A stretch of 64,000 nt of DNA from Candidatus Saccharimonadales bacterium (lineage in GTDB: Bacteria; Chloroflexota; Dormibacteria; Aeolococcales; Aeolococcaceae): contig DATLRB010000013.1 in assembly GCA_035534875.1 (NCBI GenBank), forward strand, positions 5,859-69,858, written 5' to 3'. The notes under the pieces were generated by a model. The model saw nothing but the letters and a program-made list of their open reading frames with translations, did not search any database and had not been told where the DNA came from. This document shows positions 35,848 to 45,633 of the stretch, in pieces (the stretch's first letter is position 1; each line of letters opens with the position of its first letter). The position numbers were made by a program, and so were the translations under genes.

Positions 35848-36918
35848 GTGGCTCGGGTGCTCGTCGCCGAAGATGATGGGCTGACACGCCGACTCATCGA
35901 CGAGACGCTCGCGTTCGCCGGACACGTTGTGACCAGCGCCTCCAACGGTGCCGAGGCGATCAGCGCCGTCGACACCCCGGGCTGCTTCGATGCGGTGATC
36001 ACCGACTATGCGATGCCGCACGCGAACGGCGTCGACCTCATCGCTCACGCGCAACGAGTGGATCCGATGATCTCTTGCATCGTCGTGACGGCCTTTCGTG
36101 ACCTCCACCTCGCGATGCAGGCGATGCAGGCCGGTGCGGTCGCGTTCATCCCCAAGCCCTTCAAATCGATGCACCTGCTCACCGTGCTCGACCGAGCACT
36201 CGAGCGCCGCGAGCTTGCCGACGAGGCGCTCCGTCTGCGCTTTCTCGCACCGATGCTCGAGCGCTTCACCATGGTGCTCGCCAACGCTCTGGAATCCAAG
36301 GACTGCGAAACGCAGGAGCACTCGAACCGCCTCGTCGGCATGTCCGATGCCATCGCCCGCCATCTCGGCATCGGTGATGGCATGCGCAGCATCATTCGGT
36401 TCGGCGCCTGCCTGCACGACATCGGGAAGGTGGCGATTCCGGAGACGCTGCTCCGCAAGCCGGAAGCGCTGACCCCCGAGGAGCGTACCGTCATTCGAAC
36501 GCACCCCGAGGTGGGCGCCGCGATTCTCGCCGACATCGACACGTGGGAAGACGTCCGCCTCATCGTCAAGCATCACCACGAGCACTTCAACGGGGGCGGG
36601 TACCCTGACGGGCTTCGCGGTGACCAGATCCCGCTCGGCGCCCGCATCGTGTCGATCGTCGACGCCTTTGATGTGATGCGCACCGGAAGGCCGTATCAGC
36701 CCGCTCGCTCCTACGACTGGATCCTTGGGGAGTTGCAGCGCCAGAGCGGCCTCCAGTTCGACCCGGAGTTGGTGGCTGCACTCACCACGGTCATGCCGAC
36801 CGCGGGCACGACCATCGAGGTGCCACCGCTCGACTTCCAGCCCGAGCACCGAGCGGCGGTCGGGCGGCGGCAGAACGACGCCGCCATCGCCGCCTGGCTG
36901 GGGAGGTCGCCTCGCTGA
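35848..36918 (+). CDS. response regulator with HD-GYP phosphodiesterase output (RpfG-like)
   Basis: Receiver domain: VLVAEDDG...ITDYAMPHANG...IPKPF. HD-GYP domain: HSNRL...LHDIGK...HHEHFNGGGYPDGL. Confidence 0.85.
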   Translation: MARVLVAEDDGLTRRLIDETLAFAGHVVTSASNGAEAISAVDTPGCFDAVITDYAMPHANGVDLIAHAQRVDPMISCIVVTAFRDLHLAMQAMQAGAVAFIPKPFKSMHLLTVLDRALERRELADEALRLRFLAPMLERFTMVLANALESKDCETQEHSNRLVGMSDAIARHLGIGDGMRSIIRFGACLHDIGKVAIPETLLRKPEALTPEERTVIRTHPEVGAAILADIDTWEDVRLIVKHHHEHFNGGGYPDGLRGDQIPLGARIVSIVDAFDVMRTGRPYQPARSYDWILGELQRQSGLQFDPELVAALTTVMPTAGTTIEVPPLDFQPEHRAAVGRRQNDAAIAAWLGRSPR

Positions 36919-36949
36919 TCCGCGCCCGATTCCTCCCGGCCTGAGGGGT

Positions 36950-37660
36950 CTATCCCGCCAGACGGCTCAGCGCGGTCAGCGCTCCGAGGTCGCCGGCCAC
37001 GAGCGCCGCAGCCAGCGATTGGATCCCCTTGCCGTTGGGCTCGGTGAGCACGACATCGGAGCGCGCCTTGAGTGCATCGACGGCGTTGGCAACCGCGACC
37101 GAGACGCCGGCGACCGCGAAAAGGGGGATGTCGTTCTCCCCGTCGCCGACGGCGACGGTCGCGCTCGGAAGCTCGCCCATCGCACGCAGCGCGGCCTCCA
37201 TGCCCGTGCGCTTGCTGATGCCTGGCGGCACCACCATCGCGGATGCGCGGTTTCGGACGACCTGGCGATCGATGCCGAGCTTGGCGATGGCTGCCGAGAG
37301 CTTCGCTTCCTGGCCCCACGCGGTCGAACAGAGCACGCGTCCCACGACCAGCGGCGTGACCCCCATTCGCTGGAGCTCGGCGACGAGACCGCTCGGGACG
37401 CGCGGTGCGAGCAGCTGTTCCGCGCCGGTGCTCGCGTCGAGGACAACGGCGCCGTTCTCCAACACGATCGCCTCGAAGAGACGGCCGGGATCGAAGACGT
37501 CCGCAAGTTCCTCCCTGGTGCGGCCGGTCACCAGAACGAGCCGGATGCCGGTGGCGGCGACACCCTCCAGCGCCTCGATTGTGGCGTCGGAGCACACGCC
37601 CTCGGTTGCGAGTGTCCCGTCAAAGTCGCATGCCAGTACGCGATGCCGCATCCCGTCCAT
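36950..37660 (-). CDS. HAD-superfamily hydrolase (Cof/HAD-IIB-like phosphatase)
   Basis: Motif I ACDFDGTLA. C-terminal GDGENDIPLF. Confidence 0.75.
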   Translation of the reverse strand: MDGMRHRVLACDFDGTLATEGVCSDATIEALEGVAATGIRLVLVTGRTREELADVFDPGRLFEAIVLENGAVVLDASTGAEQLLAPRVPSGLVAELQRMGVTPLVVGRVLCSTAWGQEAKLSAAIAKLGIDRQVVRNRASAMVVPPGISKRTGMEAALRAMGELPSATVAVGDGENDIPLFAVAGVSVAVANAVDALKARSDVVLTEPNGKGIQSLAAALVAGDLGALTALSRLAG

Positions 37661-37710
37661 TGTCGGGGGGGCGTACCGATCCGGGCTTCGCGGCTCACGA
37701 ACCGGTGCTC

Positions 37711-38802
37711 TCAGAGATCGAATGTCGCCCGGACCTCCGTGCCCTTGCCGGGCTGGGACCTGATCTCGAGCTTCCCCTTGTCGCCGTCTGCGCGCTCGCG
37801 CATCGTGAGCAGCCCGAAATGGCGTGTCCGATCCACCGTCGCCTCGGTCGCCTCGACGTCCATGCCAACGCCGTCGTCCCGGATCACCGCGCTGACCTGC
37901 TTCGGCAGGAAGGTGACCACCACCTCCACGTTGGACGCCTTGGCGTGCTTGCGCGCGTTGTTGAGCGCCTCCTGAACGATCCGGAAGAGTGTCTGCTCGA
38001 GGCCGCCGCCCATTCGGATCTCCTCTCCGACGACACGCAGGTGGGCGTTGATCGAATTGCGCTCCCCGAACTCGCCAACGAACTTTCTGAGTGTCGGCAC
38101 CAATCCGAGGTCGTCCAGGGTCATCGGCCGGAGGTCGAAGATCAGCCGGCGCGTGTCATCCAGAACGCTGCGCACACCGTTCTTGAAGTCGGCCAGTTCG
38201 CTGACCACCATCTTGGGGTCGCGGGCGATGAGCCGCTCGATGATCTCTGCCTGGAGCACGAGGTTCGCCATCGACTGCGCCGGCCCGTCATGCATGTCCC
38301 GGGCGATGCGCATCCGCTCCTCCTCGATGATCTGGAAGACCTGTCGAGAGGCGTCACGGAGCCGGACGGTGCCGTTGGTCGGGCCGGCACTGGCGGCGAG
38401 GAGGTCGTCGAGGCTGCGATAGACCGCGCGGAGCACCTCCTGCTCGGCCCGGATGCCGGTGAGCCGGGTGCCCAGCTCGACCTGGCGCTCCTCCGTTGCC
38501 GCAAGGTCGGCACGGATCTTCGCGAGGGTGCGGAAGGCGCTGTCGATCTCTTCGACATCGCCGGCGGGCAGCACGCTCAGCAACGCTCCCCAGCGTCCTT
38601 CGGCCTCGCGCTGCGCGGTCCGGAGCTCCTGGAGGCGCAGCGCCACCGCCGAAAGCTCGTCATCGAGCGACGCAGCCGTCGCGTCCAGGTCTTCGATGCG
38701 CTTGGTCACCAGGAATCGGACGCCGGACAGCGCCGACGGGTTCATGGTGGGGGCCGCTTCGACTTCGCTCACCATCGTCATCATGTCACCGCAGAGTCGC
38801 AC
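37711..38802 (-). CDS. DegS-like cytoplasmic sensor histidine kinase (HisKA_3 + HATPase_c)
   Basis: H-box ERMRIARDMHDGPAQ. N-box QEALNNARKH. G-boxes DDGVGM and GLLTMRERA. Coiled-coil N-terminus. The start is ambiguous between 38775 and 38802. Confidence 0.85.
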   Translation of the reverse strand: MRLCGDMMTMVSEVEAAPTMNPSALSGVRFLVTKRIEDLDATAASLDDELSAVALRLQELRTAQREAEGRWGALLSVLPAGDVEEIDSAFRTLAKIRADLAATEERQVELGTRLTGIRAEQEVLRAVYRSLDDLLAASAGPTNGTVRLRDASRQVFQIIEEERMRIARDMHDGPAQSMANLVLQAEIIERLIARDPKMVVSELADFKNGVRSVLDDTRRLIFDLRPMTLDDLGLVPTLRKFVGEFGERNSINAHLRVVGEEIRMGGGLEQTLFRIVQEALNNARKHAKASNVEVVVTFLPKQVSAVIRDDGVGMDVEATEATVDRTRHFGLLTMRERADGDKGKLEIRSQPGKGTEVRATFDL

Positions 38803-38885
38803 CCTGCCCGTAGTTCACAAATGACTGTGACAGGCCTGTTGCACGGCGAGCCGCAAGTTGCGCCCAGCGTATAACCAGATCGCAG

Positions 38886-39356
38886 TTGAACCACCGCTCC
38901 AGGGAAATGGACAGGCTTATGACGCAGGGCGACCCACCTCGCATTCTCATCGCGGAAGATGACGACTCGCTTCGCCGTCTCCTCGAGTTGCGGCTCGCCA
39001 GCGACGGGTTCGACGTTCGCTGTGCCGAGGATGGCATGGAGGCGCTCGAGATCGTGATCAAGGGATGGCTTCCGGATGCGGTTGTCTGCGACGTGATGAT
39101 GCCGCGATTGAGCGGGCTGTCGGTGTGTCGGGAGCTCCGTGCTCAGGCAAAGACCGCGACGTGCCCGATCATCCTGCTCACCGCGCGCTGTTTCGACGAA
39201 GACATTCAAGCGGTCATGGATCTCGGCGGGATCACGTACATGGGCAAGCCGTTCGAGTTTGCGCATCTCCTCAAGATGCTCTGGTCGGCGGTCGGGCTCG
39301 AACAACCGGGCAATGCAGCAGCGGCCCGCGTGATCTCGGGAGCATCGCAGAGCTGA
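38886..39356 (+). CDS. stand-alone receiver-domain response regulator (CheY-like)
   Basis: ILIAEDDD...VVCDVMMPRLSG...ILLTAR...MGKPF with no output domain. The start could be TTG 38886, ATG 38907 or ATG 38919. Confidence 0.8.
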   Translation: MNHRSREMDRLMTQGDPPRILIAEDDDSLRRLLELRLASDGFDVRCAEDGMEALEIVIKGWLPDAVVCDVMMPRLSGLSVCRELRAQAKTATCPIILLTARCFDEDIQAVMDLGGITYMGKPFEFAHLLKMLWSAVGLEQPGNAAAARVISGASQS

Positions 39357-39363
39357 CGGACGG

Positions 39364-41037
39364 GTGGCGGGCGGCGTAATGAGCAGCGTGGCGGCTGAGG
39401 CGATGCACCGTCGACGGAACGGTTTCCGCGAACGCTTGGATTCGCTGACTTCACCGAGCGGGCTCTTCATCGCGGCTGTGCTCGTCATCATGGCGCTGCC
39501 GGTGACGCGGACCATTCAAGATCCTGACTTCTGGTGGCATCTTCGCGCCGGCCAGCTGATCATCCAGCACGCCGGACTGCTGGGCAACGATCCGTTCACG
39601 TATACCGTCCCGACCCACCACTGGACGATGCACGAATGGCTCAACGAGGTGCTGTTCGCCGTCGAGTTCGCCGTCGGCGGCCTCGGGCTCATCGTGCTCG
39701 TGCTCAGCGCGGTGACCTGGCTCGGACTCCTGGCGGTCATGCAGAAGGCACGCCTCCGCAATCCAAGTCGCGGCATCCTCGGCCTCGGCATGCTCGTCGC
39801 GGTGGTCGCAGGGTTTCCGATCTGGGGACCGCGCGTCCAGATGATCACGTTCGCGTTCTCGGCGTTGACACTTTTCCTTGTCGAGCGCTACATGGTCCGG
39901 GGCGGGAAAGCCATGTGGTTGCTCGTTCCCGTGTTCGTGCTCTGGAGCAACCTGCATGGCGAGTTCGTCATCGGACTCGGGTTCATCGTCGTGATCCTTG
40001 TCGCGGAGCTCGTCGGTGAGCGACTGCAGATGCCTGATCCAGCCCCACGCTCACGCCTCCTCCCAATCCTGTACCTGCTGATCGCCTGCACCGCAGTGAG
40101 CATGATCAATCTCAACGGGCCAACCATCCTGTTTTACGCGGCTGGTACACAGGCATCGACGGCCCAGCAGTCGCTGATCGAGGAGTGGTTCTCGCCGAGC
40201 TTCCACGACTGGGAGGTGCTCGTCTACGGGGTGATGCTGCTCAGTCTCGCGATGCTGATCGTCTTCAACCAGCGAATCCGTGCGAGGGATGTTGCGCTCG
40301 TGCTGGTCACGACCGCGCTCTCGCTCCAGTCCGCGCGACACATCGAGCTCTTCGTCGCAGTGTCAACCCCGGTCTACATCGACCAGCTCGAGCTCGCGAC
40401 ACCGCGAATTCGCGCCGCCCTGCGCCGTCTTCGACGTGCGCCGGTGCCCGCGCGACCGCGCACTCGAGCGCAACCGCCGCTGCTCTTCCGTCTCACCGCA
40501 TGCGCGCTGCTGATGGCCGGTCTCGGCGGCGTCTACGTCGCCTGGCTCGTGCCCAAGATGCAACTCCAGCCGTATTCCCTCGCGTACGCGCAGGAATTCC
40601 CGGTGTGCGCCGCGCAATGGCTCGCCGGCGCACCCGAACCGTTGAAGATCTTCAACCAATACGGCGAGGGAGGCTACCTGGCCGAAGCGCTCTCTTCGCA
40701 CGGCGACAAGGTGTTCATCTTCGGCGACGCCGCGCTCATGGGCGATCAGATGCTCGAGACCTACGCCAACGTCGAGACGGTCACGCCGAGCTGGGACTCG
40801 ATCATTCGTCGCTTCGGCACCGACATCGTTCTCTACGACATCAAGACGCCCCTCGCCGACGTGATGGACCATGCGGCGGATTGGACCAAGGTGTACCAGG
40901 ATGGTCTGAGCGTCGCGTTCGTCCCGACCGACAGGCTTTCGACGTTGCAACTCCCGCCCGTGCCCCGCTGGGCGCCGGGGAGCGTGTGCGCCGAACAGTC
41001 GAAGGCTGGTCCGAATGCCGGAGCGCAGAACCAGTGA
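39364..41037 (+). CDS. polytopic membrane protein, possible GT-C-like glycosyltransferase (paralog A)
   Basis: At least 10 hydrophobic segments plus a C-terminal soluble domain. Motifs DPDFWWHLRAGQ, WSNLHGEF, SPSFHDW and YGEGGYL. The function is only a guess. An alternative ATG is at 39379. Confidence 0.6.
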   Translation: MAGGVMSSVAAEAMHRRRNGFRERLDSLTSPSGLFIAAVLVIMALPVTRTIQDPDFWWHLRAGQLIIQHAGLLGNDPFTYTVPTHHWTMHEWLNEVLFAVEFAVGGLGLIVLVLSAVTWLGLLAVMQKARLRNPSRGILGLGMLVAVVAGFPIWGPRVQMITFAFSALTLFLVERYMVRGGKAMWLLVPVFVLWSNLHGEFVIGLGFIVVILVAELVGERLQMPDPAPRSRLLPILYLLIACTAVSMINLNGPTILFYAAGTQASTAQQSLIEEWFSPSFHDWEVLVYGVMLLSLAMLIVFNQRIRARDVALVLVTTALSLQSARHIELFVAVSTPVYIDQLELATPRIRAALRRLRRAPVPARPRTRAQPPLLFRLTACALLMAGLGGVYVAWLVPKMQLQPYSLAYAQEFPVCAAQWLAGAPEPLKIFNQYGEGGYLAEALSSHGDKVFIFGDAALMGDQMLETYANVETVTPSWDSIIRRFGTDIVLYDIKTPLADVMDHAADWTKVYQDGLSVAFVPTDRLSTLQLPPVPRWAPGSVCAEQSKAGPNAGAQNQ

Positions 41038-42587
41038 CACGCCACGACCTTCTGGTGATCGCCAGCACCGAGCGGGATCGTCGAGCGACGGCGAGGCGGG
41101 CTGCGTGGATCGCCGCCGCCGCAATCGTCGTGCTGGTGCTCACCGTCCAGCCGTTCAGTGACTCCGACGTCTGGTGGCACCTCGCGCTGGGGCGGCTGAT
41201 CACCACCAGCGGGATCCCCGCCCACGAGCCCTTCAGCTTCCTCCCCGCCGCCCACGCATGGGTCGGCCAGCAGTGGCTGTATGAGGTGACGCTCGCCGGG
41301 CTGGTGGGCGCTGGAGGCGCGGGCCTCGCATCGCTGGTGATGGGCCTCGCGGCGGTGGCGGCCGTGGTGCTCGCCGCGCTCTCGATCCCACGATCCGCAC
41401 GCGTCACGGGCCCCTGGCTCGCTGTTTCCATGGTGATCACCGGGGTCGTGCTCAACAGTGTCGCCGGCGTCTCCAGTGCTGTGATCTCGGTGCTCGGGGT
41501 CGCGATCGTGCTCTTCGTGATCAGTCGATGGCGCGAGGGGCGGACCGCTGCCGTCTGGGGATTGCCTCCGCTCTTCGTGATCTGGGCCAACATGGATGCC
41601 GGGTTCGCGGCGGGCCTGGTGATCCTGCTCGCCGCGTTGCTGCTGATTCCCGCCGGCTCCGCGAAACACAGCGCCGGCCGACGTCAACTCGGCATCGCTC
41701 TCGTGGTCAGCGCGATTGCTGTGCTCGCCAACCCTGCCGGACCGGGCATCTACGCGTCGGTGCTCTCCGGAGTCGTCAATCCCGGCGTCGCCCAGAGCCT
41801 CGCCGGGTTCGGTTCCCCGAACTTCCACGACTGGTGGGCCCGCCTGTTCGAGGGCGAGGTGGTGCTCCTGATCGCGCTCTGGACCGTATCGGGCGGACCC
41901 GACCGATTCAGCGCGATCACCGGATTCGGGCTGCTCATCGCGACACTCTTCGCGCAGGAGAACCTGGGGATGTTTGCGGTCTTCATGGCGCCGCAGCTTG
42001 CCGCGCACGGGTCGCGGGCGTGGACGATGCATCTGGCACCCCGCACCGCGAGGGGTCGGCAGACGGGGGTGCGCCACCTTCATCCCGTGGCGACCAGCGC
42101 AGTCCTGATCGCGATGACCGCCGCGATGGCGGTAACCCTCGTCCCGAGGCTCAGTGCATCCGCGGCGGCCCTGTATCAGGCGACGACGTACCCCGAGGCG
42201 GCCGCGTCATATGCCGGTGCCACTTTTCCCGGACAGCGCATCTACACGATCGACTCCTGGGGCGGATACCTGGCCTACCGCTTCCCGTCCGGCCGCATCG
42301 TCTTCCTGTACGACGAGCCGGCGGTCTTCGGCAACGGCGCGCTCCAGTTGTATGACGACATCGATCAGCTCGATCCGAACTGGGTCCACGTGCTCGCCAT
42401 TGAGAGCCTCCATCACGCGATCCTGCCGTCGAACGCTCGCGAAGCTGCAGCCCTGCATGTCCTGGGGTGGACGGTCAATTGCTACGACCCGGCGAGCGGC
42501 AGCCTCGTCATGTCGTCGCCGCCGGCCGGCACGCCGCCGCCAACAAGCGGAATGGAGATCCCGCCGCCCGGGGTCCCGGACTGCTGA
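41034..42587 (+). CDS. polytopic membrane protein (paralog B of 39364-41037)
   Basis: The GTG at 41034 overlaps the upstream TGA (GTGA). Motifs DSDVWWHLALGR, WANMDAGF, SPNFHDW and SWGGYLAY are collinear with paralog A. The upstream part of ORF 40185..42587 was rejected. Confidence 0.6.
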   Translation: MTRHDLLVIASTERDRRATARRAAWIAAAAIVVLVLTVQPFSDSDVWWHLALGRLITTSGIPAHEPFSFLPAAHAWVGQQWLYEVTLAGLVGAGGAGLASLVMGLAAVAAVVLAALSIPRSARVTGPWLAVSMVITGVVLNSVAGVSSAVISVLGVAIVLFVISRWREGRTAAVWGLPPLFVIWANMDAGFAAGLVILLAALLLIPAGSAKHSAGRRQLGIALVVSAIAVLANPAGPGIYASVLSGVVNPGVAQSLAGFGSPNFHDWWARLFEGEVVLLIALWTVSGGPDRFSAITGFGLLIATLFAQENLGMFAVFMAPQLAAHGSRAWTMHLAPRTARGRQTGVRHLHPVATSAVLIAMTAAMAVTLVPRLSASAAALYQATTYPEAAASYAGATFPGQRIYTIDSWGGYLAYRFPSGRIVFLYDEPAVFGNGALQLYDDIDQLDPNWVHVLAIESLHHAILPSNAREAAALHVLGWTVNCYDPASGSLVMSSPPAGTPPPTSGMEIPPPGVPDC

Positions 42588-42594
42588 CCGCGCG

Positions 42595-43947
42595 TCAGCG
42601 CCCTTCGACGTGACCCGCCGGATCGACGACTGAGCGAGCGGCCTCGAGTCCCGCTTCGAGCCGGTCGGTTCGCGCATCGGCGCCGTCTGCGGGCAGCGGG
42701 GATCCACCCGACAGTATCTGGGCAAGGTCGTCGCGCTCGAGCAATCGATAGATCTCGGCGGCGCCCTCATTGGCCGGCCTTGCAACGTCGTCCAGCCCTG
42801 CACTCCCAGCCTCGGCGCCCACAAGCAGCAGTGTTGCCGCGCATGCTTCGAGGTCATCCTGACCCATGGAGAGGATGACCGCCTGCTCGGCGTACCCCAG
42901 CGCTCGCAGGAGCGCCCCACGCTGAATCGCGACCTCGGCGAGGGCTCGCGAACCGGATGCGGCGAGTGCGTCGAGACCGAGACTGCGCGCGATCACGACG
43001 CTCTCCGTCAAGCGTCGTGCTGCGTCCTCGAGTGCGCCCGCGACGAGGGCGATCCGGCCGAGGTCGTGGAGCGCTTCGGCGGCAACCGTGAGGTCACCAC
43101 CTCGACGCGCGCTGTCGAGAAGATCCTCGCCGTATCGTGCCGCCGCCGCGTAGTCTTTGCGCGCCCTGGCGAGTCCACCGAGCGCGGCGAGGGTCCGATC
43201 GCGAATCTGCAGGTCGGTCCCACCGCTCAGCGAGAGTGCCTGCTCGAGACAGAGCTCGGCGTGCGCCGTGTCCCCGGAGTGGAATGCCTCGGCGGCGACA
43301 TCGATGAGCAGACCTGCGGTGGCAGCGCTGAGGTCACCGCGCTGGTCGCGGGCCAGCGCCTCGCCGATGTTCCGCATGGCATGGCCACCTCGGCCTGCAT
43401 CGAGCTCGACCCGCGCGAGATTCACCAGCGCCTTGGCCACGATGGCGTCATCGCCGGCTCGCCTGCCGAGCTCGGCCGCCTTCTCGAGCAGCGCGACGGC
43501 GCTGATCGACTCTCCTGCGCGTGCGGCATGACGACCCCACTCCCCCGCGACTGCGGCCTGCAGCACGACATCGCCGCTGCGCTCGGCCAGGCGAAGTGCC
43601 GCCTGCCAGTAAGCATCTGCCGCTACGTTGCCGGCACTCGACAGTGCGGCGGCAAGATCCGACAAGGCGCTCGAAGCCCAGTCGGCCCGGGCCAGCGACC
43701 AGACGTTCAGCGCGGCAAGGACATCTGCTGAGGCGCCGGATCCATCACCGAGGAGCTGGTGCGCCAGCCCTCGAGCCAGTAGAGCCGCGCCTCGCTGCTC
43801 GGGGTGCGCATCGGGGGAGAGCCGCTCGAGCGCGCGGTCGTACGCCGCGACCGCATCGGCGAGGCGGCCGTCTCGAAGGGCGGCCGCGCCCGCGGCAAGG
43901 TCATCCGGACGATCCGGATGCGGAGCGGCGATCGGTGGGAGCGACAC
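42595..43947 (-). CDS. TPR-like repeat protein
   Basis: 450 aa of Ala/Leu-rich helical repeats (...AVAAYDRALE..., ...LGRIALVAGALEDAARRL...). No enzymatic motif. Confidence 0.55.
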   Translation of the reverse strand: MSLPPIAAPHPDRPDDLAAGAAALRDGRLADAVAAYDRALERLSPDAHPEQRGAALLARGLAHQLLGDGSGASADVLAALNVWSLARADWASSALSDLAAALSSAGNVAADAYWQAALRLAERSGDVVLQAAVAGEWGRHAARAGESISAVALLEKAAELGRRAGDDAIVAKALVNLARVELDAGRGGHAMRNIGEALARDQRGDLSAATAGLLIDVAAEAFHSGDTAHAELCLEQALSLSGGTDLQIRDRTLAALGGLARARKDYAAAARYGEDLLDSARRGGDLTVAAEALHDLGRIALVAGALEDAARRLTESVVIARSLGLDALAASGSRALAEVAIQRGALLRALGYAEQAVILSMGQDDLEACAATLLLVGAEAGSAGLDDVARPANEGAAEIYRLLERDDLAQILSGGSPLPADGADARTDRLEAGLEAARSVVDPAGHVEGR

Positions 43948-44108
43948 GGCTGATCAGAAGTTTCCAGGACCGGGGCATGCATGCGTTCGCCTGTAACAGT
44001 GGGTGGTGCGGCATCGTTACGAGACCTTCGTCTGGCAAACGTAAAGCGCCGGTAGGCTCACCAGAGTGAGCGAGGCGATCCGCAACCGTACGCGCGTGCC
44101 CGACCAGC

Positions 44109-45494
44109 ATGGCTGAAGCCGTGAGCCGCGAGCTCACGCAATCCGCTCCCGCACGTCCGATGACGAACTCGGCAGACCGGCCGGCGGGTCGCCTGCCAAC
44201 CCGCAGGCCGCGCAGCGAGTCGACCGCGATGCCTGCCCGCGATCGCAGAGCGGGTATTGAACGAACGATCGAGCTGAGCCGATGGATGGTGCTCATCTTC
44301 GCCGCGGTTGCCAACAACTTCCCGGGGCTGGCGACCGGCCAGTCGACGGCGGCGGTCAACCTCGTGCTCGGCTCATGGGGCGTCTTCAACCTCGCGGCGA
44401 CGGTCATGCTGCTGGCGAATCGGATCCCCAGCCGCCGTCTCCAGGTGGCGACCATCGTGCTCGACCTCGCCGTCTCCAGTGGGCTCGTCTACCTGACGGG
44501 TGGGTACAACTCCGACCTGGCGGTCACGTTCTTCATTGTGGTCATCGCGAGCAGCCTTCGCTTCGGACTCGTCGGGAGCATGGCCTGCGCGTTCGTTGCC
44601 GGCGTCGCGTACTTCGCTGTCGGATTCAACGTTGCGAATCATCACCTCGACACCACGCTGATCGATGCGCTGGTGTCGCGACTCTTCCTCCTCTTCGTCG
44701 TCGCCCTGAGCAGCAACCTTCTCGCTCGGGAGCTCGTCGGCGAGCGCGATGCCCAGGTGCGCCGTTCCATCGAGCTCGAACACGCAGCGTTCGCGGAGTT
44801 GCGAGAGGTGGATCGAATCAAGAGCGAGTTCATGATGCTGGCCTCGCACGAGTTGCGGACACCCTTGACCAAGATCAAGGCGTGGCTCACGCTCATGCAC
44901 GACGCCGGCGATCGCCTGCCCCAGGATGCGCGTGACGAGGGCCTGCATGAGTTGCGTCTCGAAGCCGAGCACCTCGCTCGCCTGACCGACAACCTGCTGT
45001 GCATCGCCCAGCTCGAATCGGGGGAGATCCGCCTCAAGACCGCGGCCGTCGACCTCGAGAACGTGTTCCGTGAGGTCATTGCGCGGTTCGTGGAATCCGC
45101 CGATCACGACCGCTTTGCGATCACAGTCGCTCCGGATGCGCAACGAGTTCTCGCCGACCATGAGCGCCTTGCCCTGGTCATCGCGTGTCTCATCGACAAC
45201 GCGCTGAAGTTCTCCCCCGACTCGGAGCCGGTGCGCGTGACCACGTACCGAGCGGTGAACAAAGTGCACGTCGAGGTCAGGGACAACGGACGCCGGATCC
45301 CCGACAGCGACGTCGACCGTGTTTTCGCCTCGTTCTATCAGGTCGAGTCCCCGCTGCTCCGTCAGCGCGGTGGATTCGGCGTCGGCCTCTACCTCGCCCG
45401 GCAACTGGTCGAGCGTATGGGCGGCAGGATATGGATCGACAACTCTCGCGCGCGCGGCAACACATTTGTCGTCGCGCTTCCCGTGCACGTGTGA
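44109..45494 (+). CDS. membrane sensor histidine kinase (HisKA + HATPase_c)
   Basis: About 5 TM segments. H-box FMMLASHELRTPLT. N-box DNALKFS. G-boxes DNGRRI and GGFGVGLYLA. The start is uncertain. Confidence 0.85.
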   Translation: MAEAVSRELTQSAPARPMTNSADRPAGRLPTRRPRSESTAMPARDRRAGIERTIELSRWMVLIFAAVANNFPGLATGQSTAAVNLVLGSWGVFNLAATVMLLANRIPSRRLQVATIVLDLAVSSGLVYLTGGYNSDLAVTFFIVVIASSLRFGLVGSMACAFVAGVAYFAVGFNVANHHLDTTLIDALVSRLFLLFVVALSSNLLARELVGERDAQVRRSIELEHAAFAELREVDRIKSEFMMLASHELRTPLTKIKAWLTLMHDAGDRLPQDARDEGLHELRLEAEHLARLTDNLLCIAQLESGEIRLKTAAVDLENVFREVIARFVESADHDRFAITVAPDAQRVLADHERLALVIACLIDNALKFSPDSEPVRVTTYRAVNKVHVEVRDNGRRIPDSDVDRVFASFYQVESPLLRQRGGFGVGLYLARQLVERMGGRIWIDNSRARGNTFVVALPVHV

Positions 45495-45633
45495 TGCGTG
45501 GTGGCACCCGGCTGCGGTTGCAGATACGTAAAGACGGGCAACGCGTCCGTAACCGCCGCGAACCCGCCCCGGCCACGGTGCTACGGTGCGCCAATGGGCA
45601 CGTTTGGTGCGGTCGATCCAACTTGAGGAAGGG

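Noticed and set aside
40185-41033. Upstream 283 codons of ORF 40185..42587
   Set aside because: It overlaps membrane-protein paralog A in a different frame and is an arginine-rich artefact. Paralog B starts at the GTG at 41034, where its N-terminus aligns with paralog A.
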